From positions 154,338 to 210,704 of the forward strand of contig WELA01001426.1 of assembly GCA_009602735.1 (NCBI GenBank): a DNA stretch of 56,367 nucleotides, read 5' to 3'. This document shows positions 1 to 11,863 of the stretch, piece by piece. Both the position numbers and the translations under genes were made by a program. A model generated the notes under the pieces. It had not been told where the DNA came from, ran no database searches, and saw nothing but the letters and a program-made list of their open reading frames with translations. This stretch comes from Mesotaenium endlicherianum (lineage: Eukaryota). Position 1 is the stretch's first letter. Every line of letters begins with the position of its first letter.

Positions 1-599
1 CACCCCTGCCCCCCACCCCCTCCGTGTTGTTGGATGGGCGCCACTCCCCAACAGAGAAACCAGCGTTTGCTTCTTCTTCTTTCATCTGTGTTTTTGCACG
101 CCCGCACGGTCGTCGATTACTGTATCCACGTGCCCGTGCCTGACTCCATAGTGGTAGCGCCGTAGGTTTATGTACCCGTTCTTGTCAATACGCATGCACG
201 GGTGAGCGTTTGCATGCTTGTGTGCGTGTGTGAGTGCTTTGACCGTTCACACTCGTGTGTGCATGTGCTGTGCATATATACATGTACTTTTACATCCCTG
301 CGCGAGTATATACATGTACCTTTACATCCTTGCTTACGTGTGTGTGCATCGGCTCAGCGCACAGCTGTGTTTCCGTTTGTGTCTGAGTGTTTGTGAGAGA
401 GAGAGGGAGAGAGTGGGTGTGTGCGTGTGTGGGAGAAAAAGAGAGCGGGTGTGTGCGCGTGCGTGAGAGAGAAAGAGAGCGTCTGTCTTTGTGCGAGGGA
501 GAGAGAGAGCGTGTATGTGCATGCGTGTGTGTGTGTGTGAGTGTGTGTGAATGTGACATAATGGAGAGGTTCAGGGAGGGGTGGTCCTGTTGCGTGCAG

Positions 600-1780
600 C
601 GAACCTGCCGCCCGAGGAGCTGGTCGAGGAGCTGACAGGCGTCGACCGTGGGGTCTACTTTGGCTGGGCCCAGCTGGCACCCGACGGCGACAAAAGCGAG
701 AGCGAGAGCAAGAGCAAGGGCGCGAGCGGCGTGGAGAAGGAGCAGAGGGAGAGGGAGAAAGAGGGGGAGGGGGAGGGCGAGGGANNNNNNNNNNNNNNNN
801 NNNNNNNNNNNNNNNNNNNNNNNNNNNNNNNNNNNNNNNNNNNNNNNNNNNNNNNNNNNNNNNNNNNNNNNNNNNNNNNNNNNNNNNNNNNNNNNNNNNN
901 NNNNNNNNNNNNNNNNNNNNNNNNNNNNNNNNNNNNNNNNNNNNNNNNNNNNNNNNNNNNNNNNNNNNNNNNNNNNNNNNNNNNNNNNNNNNNNNNNNNN
1001 NNNNNNNNNNNNNNNNNNNNNNNNNNNNNNNNNNNNNNNNNNNNNNNNNNNNNNNNNNNNNNNNNNNNNNNNNNNNNNNNNNNNNNNNNNNNNNNNNNNN
1101 NNNNNNNNNNNNNNNNNNNNNNNNNNNNNNNNNNNNNNNNNNNNNNNNNNNNNNNNNNNNNNNNNNNNNNNNNNNNNNNNNNNNNNNNNNNNNNNNNNNN
1201 NNNNNNNNNNNNNNNNNNNNNNNNNNNNNNNNNNNNNNNNNNNNNNNNNNNNNNNNNNNNNNNNNNNNNNNNNNNNNNNNNNNNNNNNNNNNNNNNNNNN
1301 NNNNNNNNNNNNNNNNNNNNNNNNNNNNNNNNNNNNNNNNNNNNNNNNNNNNNNNNNNNNNNNNNNNNNNNNNNNNNNNNNNNNNNNNNNNNNNNNNNNN
1401 NNNNNNNNNNNNNNNNNNNNNNNNNNNNNNNNNNNNNNNNNNNNNNNNNNNNNNNNNNNNNNNNNNNNNNNNNNNNNNNNNNNNNNNNNNNNNNNNNNNN
1501 NNNNNNNNNNNNNNNNNNNNNNNNNNNNNNNNNNNNNNNNNNNNNNNNNNNNNNNNNNNNNNNNNNNNNNNNNNNNNNNNNNNNNNNNNNNNNNNNNNNN
1601 NNNNNNNNNNNNNNNNNNNNNNNNNNNNNNNNNNNNNNNNNNNNNNNNNNNNNNNNNNNNNNNNNNNNNNNNNNNNNNNNNNNNNNNNNNNNNNNNNNNN
1701 NNNNNNNNNNNNNNNNNNNNNNNNNNNNNNNNNNNNNNNNNNNNNNNNNNNNNNNNNNNNNNNNNNNNNNNNNNNNNNNN

Positions 1781-1841
<61 letters not shown>

Positions 1842-2854
1842 TCTCGTGCGCTGCAGGAGGTGCACATCCTGCACAAGTACGACGAGGACTTCTACGGCAA
1901 GGAGGTGCGCGTGGTGGTGCTTGGGGCCATCCGCCGCGAGATGAAGTTTGCGTCGCTGGGTGAGCACCTGCACACGCGTCTCGCCACCTGTCGCCCGCCG
2001 GTGCCACACCTATCGGCTGCCGTTGCAAACCTGTCGCCGGCCGGTGCCCACTGCTCTCCTGCCCGCGGCACTTGTTGCCCGCCGCACCACCTGTCACCTG
2101 TCGCCCGCCGGGGTGGCACCAGTCGCCTGCCAATGGCACCTCTTGCCGGCCGCGGCGGTGACACCCATCTGCCGCTCTCTTGCCACCTGTCGCCGGCTGC
2201 TCCGCCTGTCTTCCCGACACGTCCCGCCAGAGCCCCCCCTCACCTTCGGGGTCGGCGTGACCGGTTGTGTCCTGATGCTCCGACAACTCCTGATGGAGGA
2301 TGGATGCGCATCAGTCAGTTGATATGGAGCCAGGCTAGTGCAGTGTCCGCCAGCCCCACGGAACCGGCTCTGCTTATGGACGCTTCTCTCCCTCCTTGCC
2401 GTTGCGCTGCGCCACCTGTCGCCGCGCATGCATGCGCTCCGGACCCTGGCTATGCAGCACCAGGTGCTGCTCTCTGGAGCTTTGGAAACGCAGACGATGC
2501 TGGCGGGGGTTCGACTGTTGCCTGCCGTGAGGAAGTGAGGAACTAGGCGCAGTCTTCCTGGACACGTGTTTACGTGTGCACATACACATATTTGTATATA
2601 TATATATATACGTCTCTTCGCCTGTCTCAATTGACCCTCGAGTGACCTTCGCCAGCTTCGCCCTCGCCCTCGGGCCCCCTCCCTTATTTTCCGATGCTCT
2701 TTCCAACGCAGACGAGCTCGTGCGGAGAATACACGCGGACATCAAGATCGCCGAGACGGAGCTGGCGCGCGACGAGGAGCTCGCCGGCTTCCGCCGCGAC
2801 CCCTTCTTCCTTCCTCCGGCGCCGGCGACGCCGCGGGGGGGAGGGGACGCGTAG
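600..2854 (+). CDS. RFK: Riboflavin kinase (flavokinase domain), partial spliced gene; visible exons 600-(784, runs into N gap), 1857-1959, 2712-2854; 5' exon(s) probably upstream of the window
   Basis: Exon peptides ANLPPEE..GVYFGWAQL, EVHILHKYDEDFYGKEVRVVVLGAIRREMKFASL and DELVRRIHADI match eukaryotic flavokinase motifs ((PT)AN, GVYFGWA, ExH...DFYG...GxIRxExxFxSLxxL...IxxDI). AG acceptors end at 599, 1856 and 2711. GT donor at 1960 gives an in-frame G|AC (Asp) join. The MVMSxGxNP motif is not seen and probably lies in the gap. Confidence 0.85.
785..1780. other. Assembly gap (N run) flanked by GA/TC microsatellite-like sequence
   Basis: 996 N; (TC)n follows at 1781-1838. Confidence 0.99.
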
Positions 2855-3295
2855 CTGTCGTCTTCTGTTTCTTGCTTTTTGCTTTTTTTTGCTCGGGAGC
2901 GGAAGTTGTTGTGTGCGCTGGCGGCGGCAGAAGGCACTCGAGAGAGTTGGAGAGGAGCTCGGGGTGTTCGGCCGTCTCTCTCAGGTCTCTCTCTCTCTCT
3001 CCGTTCAAATTTTGGGGTTGTGTACGACACTGTAGTTGGACGCAACAGCAGGGGACACACTCGACAGCTGGCGCCGACGCTGTGGGAGCTAGGTCTGGCG
3101 AGACGCCTCCCTTTCTTTGAATAATATACAGGCGAAGGCGGGGGTCGTGTAGCGGCCTCCCTCTTTGTATGTAAAACTTCCACGGTGGAAGTCTCTCAGG
3201 TCAGGTCCCTCTCTCTTTGTTCGGAGCTCGGAGTAGCGCACACGCAGCAGAGGACACAGAACAGGAGAGGTGTATGTACGATTGCTGAGGGGGGG

Positions 3296-3363
3296 GCGAT
3301 AGCAGCGATATAGCAGCGATATAGCGGCGATATAGCGGCAATATAGCAGCGATATAGCGGCGA
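3296..3363. repeat. Minisatellite, 11-bp unit GCGATATAGC(A/G), about 6 copies
   Basis: Direct reading: gcgatagca gcgatatagca gcgatatagcg gcgatatagcg gcaatatagca gcgatatagcg. Confidence 0.85.
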
Positions 3364-5715
3364 GGGCAGCAAAAGTAGCGATGGGAGCGATGGCAGCGAC
3401 AGCGGGGGCGTGGTGTAGGACAACAGAGGAGGCACCAGCAGTGGACATGATACAATGGCAGGGGACGCTTGACAGTTGGAGAGGAGCAAGGGAGAGGAGC
3501 GAGGGAGAGGCGCCTATGAGAAATAGGGCTCATTTTGCAACACCCTAGTTGTCCTCCGCAGGCGGGGGCTGTGTGGCTGTACCTTCCCCCCTTTGCCTGG
3601 GAGTTGCATCGATTGCATGTGTAGAGTATGCACGGAGACAGGAGGAACATGAATTTGAGGTTCTGCCTCGATGCATTCACTCCCGTTTGATTTGCCGCAG
3701 ACAGGACGCGGTCCCTTTAGTTGTATCTCTCGTTTCAAGAATCAGGTTGGTGGCGCAAGGCAGTGTGTGAGGTCAGAGGACACTCAGAAGCTTGACATGA
3801 TTTTTTACAAAAAAAAAACAGGAAAATGTAAAAACATGAAATATTGTAGAAACATACAGAACATTAAAAAAGCATGCGGCTTTGTCATGATTGCATCGGG
3901 ACGGCTTGATTGGAGTGAAGCACTAAGGAACTAGAGGGTGAAAGTCTGTTTTCTGGTAGATGTCGATTGTGCTCAGCGGGGCACTCTTCCTTCTTCTGGA
4001 ACAATGTCGTTGTTGATCTTCTGACATTGACTATATTTATAAGACGGTGAGACTATGTATAGCCCAGTACCCTATGGTAGTATGCCTGCTCTTGATCGGC
4101 TCTTTTTGTTCGTTGGTTTAATCCTAAACCCAGTGGAGAATGCACTGCAATATATGATAGTCCATACGATGGTTTATATTATCTCCATACAGTCCATAAG
4201 ATGGTTTATATTATGTCCATACATTATACACCCGCCATTGGTCCGCTGGCGCTTGCATTTATAGGCAAGCGGGATCAGGGCAACATGCAAGCAACAAAGT
4301 GACGTGCACTCATTGCATCTATAAAAGTGAAGACCTCAAAGAGGCAAAGACGGCCAGGCAAATGAATTGGAAATAATAGTTTTTCGACAAAAAGAATGGA
4401 ATCAAGGGGCATGCAATGGCAGCCTATCTCCTTTTTCAGCTAAAGGAAACGTAGAATCTGTGTGTACAGCCTATCTAGCTACTAAGAAACTGAAGCACGC
4501 ACCAACTTAGAAAGAGAGGGAGGAACGTACGAGCTGCTAAAGATTGAGAAACTAATGGAAAGCCTTATTTGGAAGCTATATTAAACAACTGTAGAAAGCC
4601 GACGAATGCGAGACAACAACTAACAAGGAAGGTCTCCATATCTCTAAGCTATGATCGCTTTTGAAAGTTCTCGGCCATCAGCCGTCAGCAGACTACATCT
4701 CACAGCGCCCTTTCCGCCAAAGCGGGGCCCGACGTGGAATTAAATCTTGCAAATTTGCTTAATTTGTGAAGTATTTAACCCTCCTACCCCCTCTTCCACC
4801 TGCTAAGACAATCTCTACTTGGGACTTTACATCACACCTATTTCATCAAATCAATCTTTAAGGAAGCACACTGGGAGCTAAGGCGGGAAGCGGAGATGAT
4901 CGAGTCTATCTACCTATTTGAAGACAGGCGGGTGATGGAGCCACGCATCCCGACTTCCCCATCTTCTCCTGCGCCGAGCCGAGCCCAGCCGGCCGCAGCA
5001 TTGCACGCCTCGTCTCAATCTCTCTCTTCCTTTCTCTTTCTATCTTTCTTTTTCTCGAACCGGGCAACAGCCTGCCAACAGCTAACAACAAGCACGGAGG
5101 AAGCATATGTACTCTATAGGGATAATGTACAGGCTACTGCACGCAGGTGCCCCCCCGAAGCCGAGCCCCACGCGAGCGAGAGCCCAAGGATGTCACGATA
5201 AGCGCAGCGGCACCCCTGGACTGAACGCCCTCATTGGCCCTCTTCCTTATCTTCCTCTCTCCCGCGGCACCTTTATATGATCGTATTCTACTGTTATTGA
5301 GATACCCGGGTGCAGAAGGTAGCAGACTCCAGATACTCAAAGCTTAACGTCCCGCCTTCTCCCTCTCTACTGGAGAGGTTGTTCTCCACACACTTCCCCC
5401 TCAACTACCCTCCCGCTCCCTATGATGCCGGAGAGGTCTCTCCACGCTCCCCCACTCCGCTACTAAGCCTCCTATATGAAGAGTCTTCTGGCAGAGAGCT
5501 CTGCTGCACGCATGCGCAGACGAGTGCTGCTGCTGCTCCTCCGCCGAAGCCGGCTCCGACTGGAAGCTTCTGGAATATAAGATTCAATCAGATCGAATCA
5601 GTCAGCCTCCTTCCCCCTCACTCCACCCGCCTTTGCTTCCCGTCTTCCCTCCCCTTCTCACTGCCGAGAGCGACTGCCAAGAGCGCGCTCACTTGTGCGC
5701 GCTCACTCCCCCCTC

Positions 5716-8700
5716 TCACTCGTGCACGTCGGGGTGCAGCTTCGCATTCGGGTGCAGCTGCGTGATGTCCGAGTGCGTGCCGACAAAGCGCAGCGGGTGG
5801 CCCTCCTCCGTGACGCTGATGAGCTTCCCGCGGTGCAGGAACCACCGGAACTCGCCGTCCTTGCAGAGCAGGCGCTGCTCGTTCACATACTGCTTCGTCT
5901 TGCCCTCCAGGTGCTTCTCGAGGTCCTCAAACGTCTTCTCGCGGTCCTCGGGGTGGAGCAGGCGGATCCAGTCGTCGAGCGTCGCGCCGATATCGCCGGC
6001 CTCGTACCCCAGCATCTGCTTCCAGCGCTCGCTGAAGTACATGCCGTTGTCGGGCACGCTCCAGTCCCACACGCCGTCGTCGCTGCCCGAAAGCGCGTAC
6101 GTCCAGCGCTCCTCGCTGAGCTTCAGCTTGGCCTCGTTCTCGAGGCGCTCGCATATGTCGTGGATCACCGCCACGTACGTCTCGTCCTCGCCAAAGAAGC
6201 CCTTGCTCGTCTTCGTGACGGCAATCTCAATCGGCACGATGCTGCCGTCGACGCGCAGCCCCGTCGCGTTCTTGTGCGTGTTGACGAGCGTGTCCAGGCC
6301 CGCATGGAGGTACTCCTCCTGGCCGCCGACGGCGATGACTATGTCCGACACCATCAGGTTCTCGGGCGGGCGCGGGAGCCCGCCGGGGCACTCGACGGTG
6401 ACGCACGCGGTGGAGTAGCCAAAGATCCCGCACGCCGCCGCGTTCATCGACTCCACCTGCCCGTTCTTCTTCAGCGTCATGATGCCCTCCTCCGCCGCCT
6501 GGATGATGCTGAACAGGTGCAGCTCGGCGTCCATGCGCCGCCGGCGCTGCGCGAACGCGTAGATGATGTCGGCCATGGCCTGCCCTAGGGGCTCCACCTC
6601 GAGGCCCACCTTCTGCGAGTAGCCGCCCTCGCGGTTGGCCAGACAGAACATGCCGATGAATTCGCCGCCCGCAAGGCCGCCCGAGACCATCGGGATGCCC
6701 ATGAAGGTGTTGAGGACGGGGTGGCCCTCGGGGAGCCCGCCGGCGCGCGGATCGTTGGCGGGGTCGTTGCTGATGACGGGGCGCTGCGTGTGCAGGACCT
6801 CGCCGAAGAGCGTCTTGGTGTTGGTGTGGACCACGCCCTGGGGGGCCATGCGCTTGTACCAGCTCAGCAGGTCCGGCGTCCACGTGATGTTGGTGATGGC
6901 TTGCATCTGCCACCCACATTGCGGCAAAAGGTCTGTCAGCCTTCTGCTAGCCATTCACCATAACAACGTCAGTGGGGAGAATGCCAGATGCCAGCGTGTC
7001 ACCAGCGTGGGTGCTCGCTCGCCTGCATCTGCGCGTGTGTGCGAGACGAGTTGGACACCAGCCCCCACTCCCCCCCCGGCCCCCTGACCCGCGCCGCCGC
7101 CCCCCGCCCCCCTCGCCTCTTGCCCCCATGACAGCAGCAGCAAGCAGGAAAATGCATTTGTTGGCCTCTGGTGCTACCCTGAGCATCCCGAGCGAGCGAG
7201 CGAGCGAGCGAGCGGGCAGGGCAGGGTATGCTCGAGCAAGCTACCAAGCGGGCAAGCAGACGGGGCAGGGTGCGCGCCAGCTAGCGAGCGAGCGAGCAGG
7301 CAAGCGGGCAGGGCAGAACGTGCGCGAGCGAGCGGATCGTACCGTGGTGTAAAGCTCGTGGTTCTCGTCCTGGTGCACCGATGCGATGAAGCCGTACGTG
7401 CTCTCCGTGACCTCCAGCAGGATGGTGATCATGGCGTTGAACATCAGGCGCGGCTTCTGCAGGGGCCGAGGGAAACACGAGATGAGGGGGGAATGTCAGC
7501 GGCGGTGGCAGCAGCAGCGACGGCAGGAGCAGCAGCAGCAGCAGGAGCAGCAAGGCAGCAAGGCAGCAAGGCACAGCAAGAAAGGCGAGGGGGGAACACT
7601 CCAACCAGGCATGGCAGCAAACCGCAATGACGGCAAGAAGGGGAAGAAAAAAGGACATGACCGCCACCAGCAGCAGCGACAGGCACGTGAACCAGGCCCG
7701 TACGTAGTACTACGACGGAAGAGCAGTAAAGCGCACAGGAGCACAGAGAAGCAAAGAAGCAGACAAGCACAGAATGACAGAAGCACAGAAGCACAGGAGC
7801 ACAGACGCACAGAAACACAGAGAGGCACAGGAGCAGAGACAAGGCAGAGAAAGCCAGCGAGCGTGCGCGGCAAGCGAGCGAGGAGGGACGTACGTGCTCG
7901 TTGACGTGGATGTTATGCACGCGGTGGATGGCCTTGAGCACGCGCTGCGCACGCTCGTCCGACCACGTGGGGTTGCGCGCGGGCGAGTCCGAGCCCGCCT
8001 CGCCACCTGGCGGCGGGAAGATCGCCCAGTTCGTCGGGGTCATGTACACGCCGTCCTCCCTCACGCTCCCGGGTAGGTGCTCCTTGTTGGAGCTCCAGGG
8101 GGGGAAGTTCTGGTGCGCCAGCTGGCTGCTGTAGTGGCTGTGATGCCCGGGGGACGACATGGGGGAGAAGCTGTGCAGGCTGTGGCCGCCCGCGCCGTGG
8201 GAGTGCGCGGACTTGGGGGTGTCGACGACGCCGGAGAGCTCGCGCTGGTGCTCCTTCTCAGTTCCGTGGTAGGGGAAAATACCCTGGGACTCCAGGAAGG
8301 CCCAGTTGAGGTTGTTGGTCTCCTTGCGCACGGTGGAGTGCGCCTCCATCTCACCCACGCTGCCGCCCATCACGGGGCAGGTGGCGCGGGGGGCCGGCGC
8401 GGGCGCATGGTGGTGCGAGGGGCTGTGGCGGTGTGCGGGGCTGCCGTGGCTGCCAGCATAGCTGCCAGCGTGACTGCCGGCGTGGCTGCCGGCGTGGCTG
8501 TTGCTGTGGCTGTGGTGGCCATTGCCGTTGTTGCCGGCGGCGTGGTGGCCGTTGCCGTGGCCGCCGTGCGAAGAGAAGTGGCCGCTGTGGCTGCCGCTGT
8601 CGCCGTAGATGGGTCCCGAGTGGCCCCCCCCTCCTCCTCCTCCGTATGTGCGCTTGGGAGAGCTGCACAGCGGTACGGCACACGCGCACACACACACACA

Positions 8701-10085
8701 CACACACACACGCAGTCACAGCAGGAGAAACGCGTGTCAGGAGGATGCGTGCGTGCTCCCAGAAATCAACAAGTGTCGGAGTCGCAATCGCAGTCGCGGG
8801 GCCCCGTCCCCGCCCTCAAAAAGTCCAGACTCTGCGAACAGGTAACCACCTATTGCATTCAAACCTGCTACTCATAATTCCTTCCGCGCTCCTATGTGCC
8901 GCCTCCCGACTGCACGACAGCGGACTGTTCGTTCGTATCTGCAGATAAAAATGAACAAACAGGTGTACGATGCCCCAGCCACACCACCACACCTCACCCC
9001 TGGTTGACGTGAGCGTGCACTGTGGGGGAAGAACACGCAGAGCATAGTAATGGGCGGGTGTGAGGGGCACCAGGACCAAGTTGATGTCCAGGCACGCTTC
9101 CAGTTAACCAGCAGCCGTCAACCCGCAACCAGAAACCAGCAGAAAGAGCAATGCATGCCGGGGGACCGGAGCAGAGGTGCAGCGGCAGCCGGCAGCGGCT
9201 CGTGCATGCTGTGAGCATATCACTCTTCCCCAATCAACGTGCGTCTCTCATGCAGAGAGGGACTGCTCACAGGGCCACAGATGACACCCACAGCATAGAG
9301 CTGCTCCCGCGGCAGCAGAGAAGTCAACACTGCGGCCAGCTCTGGTGCTGCTGCTGCAGGCGAGCAAGAGGGACCCCCCGACCTCCGCAACCCCGAGGCG
9401 GCTACACATGTCACGCGCGCACACACACACACACACACCTGTCGAACTGCGTGTGCACTCGGAGGGAGTCGAAGCTGGCGCGGCGCTCGTGGGCCTCGCT
9501 CTCGTCCACCTCAGAGGCGGGCTTCGAGCGGGGGGTTTCAAAGGAGCGCCGCTCAATGTTGGCGAACGAGGGGGTGGCGGAGCGGGTGGCGCTCGGCTTG
9601 GGGAGGCCGGACTGGTGGTGGTGCGACGACCCGGAAGTGACATATGGCGCGGGCTCGGCAGCGGCTGCCGTGGCGGCCCCCGTGGAGTAGATGGGCTTGT
9701 AGATCGACAGCGCGTTGTGGGCAGATTGCGCCGGCTCCTCCTTGGCCGCCTCGGGTGTGACGGCGGGGACCGCCACCTCTGTAGCGGTCGACCTCAGGTT
9801 GACAGTGGCGAGGCTGTTGGTTGGCGCCGCGGCGGGGACCACGTTGCCGTCGAGCGAGTATCGTGCCTTGGGAGCCACCGCCCCAGCGGCCACCGACTTT
9901 GACTTCTTGCTGTAGGCCGAGTGGATGAGCTTGGTGGTGTCAACGCCCAGGATCTTGGACGGAGCTGACGGCTCAGATATCGTCCCCCCGTGCGATCCAT
10001 GGCTGCCGTGGCTGCTGTGGCCGTGGCCGTGGCCGTGGCCGTGGTGGCTGTGCCTGCCTGGGTGCTTGACGTGCTGGTTTCCCAT
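5716..10085 (-). CDS. GAF-PAS-PAS sensor protein with long His/Gly/Ser-rich N-terminus, ~906 aa; exons 10085-9439, 8662-7894, 7456-7343, 6906-5716
   Basis: All three introns are GT..CAG and frame-consistent (phases 2,0,0; total 2721 nt). GAF: FNAMITILLEVTESTYGFI...AITNITW...TLFGEVL...PVISNDPANDPRAGGLPEGHP..FMGIP..ANREGGY. PAS1: IIQAAEEGIM..NAAACGIFGYS..GLRVDGSIVPIEIAV..VIHDICER. PAS2: DGVWDW..YFSERWKQMLGY..HPEDR..RLLCKDGEFRW..VGTHSDIT. Confidence 0.85.
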
Positions 10086-11863
10086 CTCGTCTCTGCGACG
10101 TTGCTGCTGCTTCTGCTGCTGCTCACCAGGTTACTTCCTCCTGTGCGTTCAAATGTCGCTCTTCCAAAAAAGAGTGACACTGTGTGTATAAAATTTTCTC
10201 CTGTCTCTGTTCTAGGTTATGAGAGGACTGTGCGCTAAGATAGTTATTCTTCGTTCAGCACTGAGCTATATGATAAGTTGTAGGCACTCAGTCGTTCTCG
10301 AAATATGAAATACCTAATCTCTCTGCTTAGAACTGCTCGAAACTGTCTGGACCAGTCTGGACTTGCACTTTACACATCAGATCTCCGCTGCTCCGCTGCT
10401 CTTCCAAACTCCGAACAGGCCTGGAATGATATCGCCAGCGGGAGTGCGCGAAGGTTATCTCGTCCCAATCGTTGCTGGGGCACCACCTTGGAGCGTTGGC
10501 CTGAGGGCCGGACGTTGGCATTGCTGGGTGCTGCGCTCGTGTTGCGCAATAAAGATGAACACCAGCCACCGACAGAAGACGATAAAAACTTATGGCATCC
10601 CAGGGACTTTATCCCCGCGTGACGACGGGTGCTCCCGAGGGCCAGGGGCCCAGGACTGGCCAGGGCCCGGACAGCAGTTGAAAGTAACGCGTGATGTGTG
10701 TGTCAGGTCGCGGATAAAGCTGGAACATCAGATCGAGACCAGCAGGGAATCTAGGGGGAACAAGTACATTGCATGAAGTCTTTGACGATGCCACTCGATT
10801 GCCGCCCATAGGTTGGCCGACCTGCAACGAAAGTGTTCGTGGACGGATTAGGAGCTTTGGAGTAATTCAAAGTCCCGACCAGTTCGGACGCGGACTGGAC
10901 CTTTCGAACGAGGCCGGAAGCTGAGCGACTCGCAGCCGCGTCTGTCAAAAAGTGTATCGGGATCAATCAAAGCCCACCTTGAAGTCCACCTATGTTTTGG
11001 CGTAAGTAAGCGTATGCAAGCGTCAGCAGAAGTGAATAACTGTTCACTTCACATGCCCAAACACGCGCCAGATGCCTTCTGCTGGCCATTTCTGCTGGCT
11101 TCTGCACTTTCTCTTGTCGGGACAATTGAGACGTTCAGTTCTCTTTAATGCCAAAATCCACCAGCTTTATCCTCGTGGAGGATTTGCTTGCCAAAAAACT
11201 CACGAGCCCCAATTCCCGAGTCGGAGTCCCGACTCTCGACTCCCAAGTCGAAAATGCTACTGTCGCAGTTTTCGAAACCTCCATAAACGTCCGATGTGCC
11301 GACTGGGGATCCACCCTAAAACTAAACAAGACAATCATCTGGATTATGGTGATGTCCAATCGCTGTCGAGCCTGGTCGACCCACTCGAACAGTAGAGAGT
11401 GGTAGAGAGGGTACCAGCTGGTACCAGCTTCAAGTGGCTTCAACTGGAGGACAACCAAAGAAAATCGACGGCCCGTCGACAAGCAGAAGCCAGAGACTAC
11501 CACGAACTAGCAAGCAAAACTTGGCTGACTTCAAATCGTTTGCTCGATAATCCTGGAGAATCCAATCGGTCCCGATTGCCCAGGCGTGGGCTCACTGGGC
11601 TGCCGGCAGTAATTGGATTCTCGTATCCGAGATTCCGAGTGGTATTGATACAGAAAGATATAACACGTCAGATTGTTGCCATGAGCCACTGTAAAGTGCT
11701 CCAGGTGTACGTGTTAATTTTCAAGACGAAGATGCCAACTTTGATGCCATGGATTGCCACAGATTGAGGGATGACTAGTCACTAACCGTCGCAACTACCG
11801 TCGACTGCATACGACCATTGAGGGTCTCGTGCGGTCGTATGATTTCTTTTTGGCATTTACCAA

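Noticed and set aside
290..2546. Long 460-630 aa ORFs in the track
   Set aside because: Artefacts of reading through the 996-N gap and dinucleotide microsatellites
5633..9902. Many plus-strand ORFs overlapping the GAF-PAS gene
   Set aside because: Antisense shadows of GC-rich coding sequence and low-complexity introns; no recognisable motifs
10300..11800. Short ORFs, a 16-bp palindrome GGTACCAGCTGGTACC (~11410) and a small hairpin (~11218)
   Set aside because: No recognisable protein motifs, splice pattern or repeat partner; may be promoter or intergenic sequence
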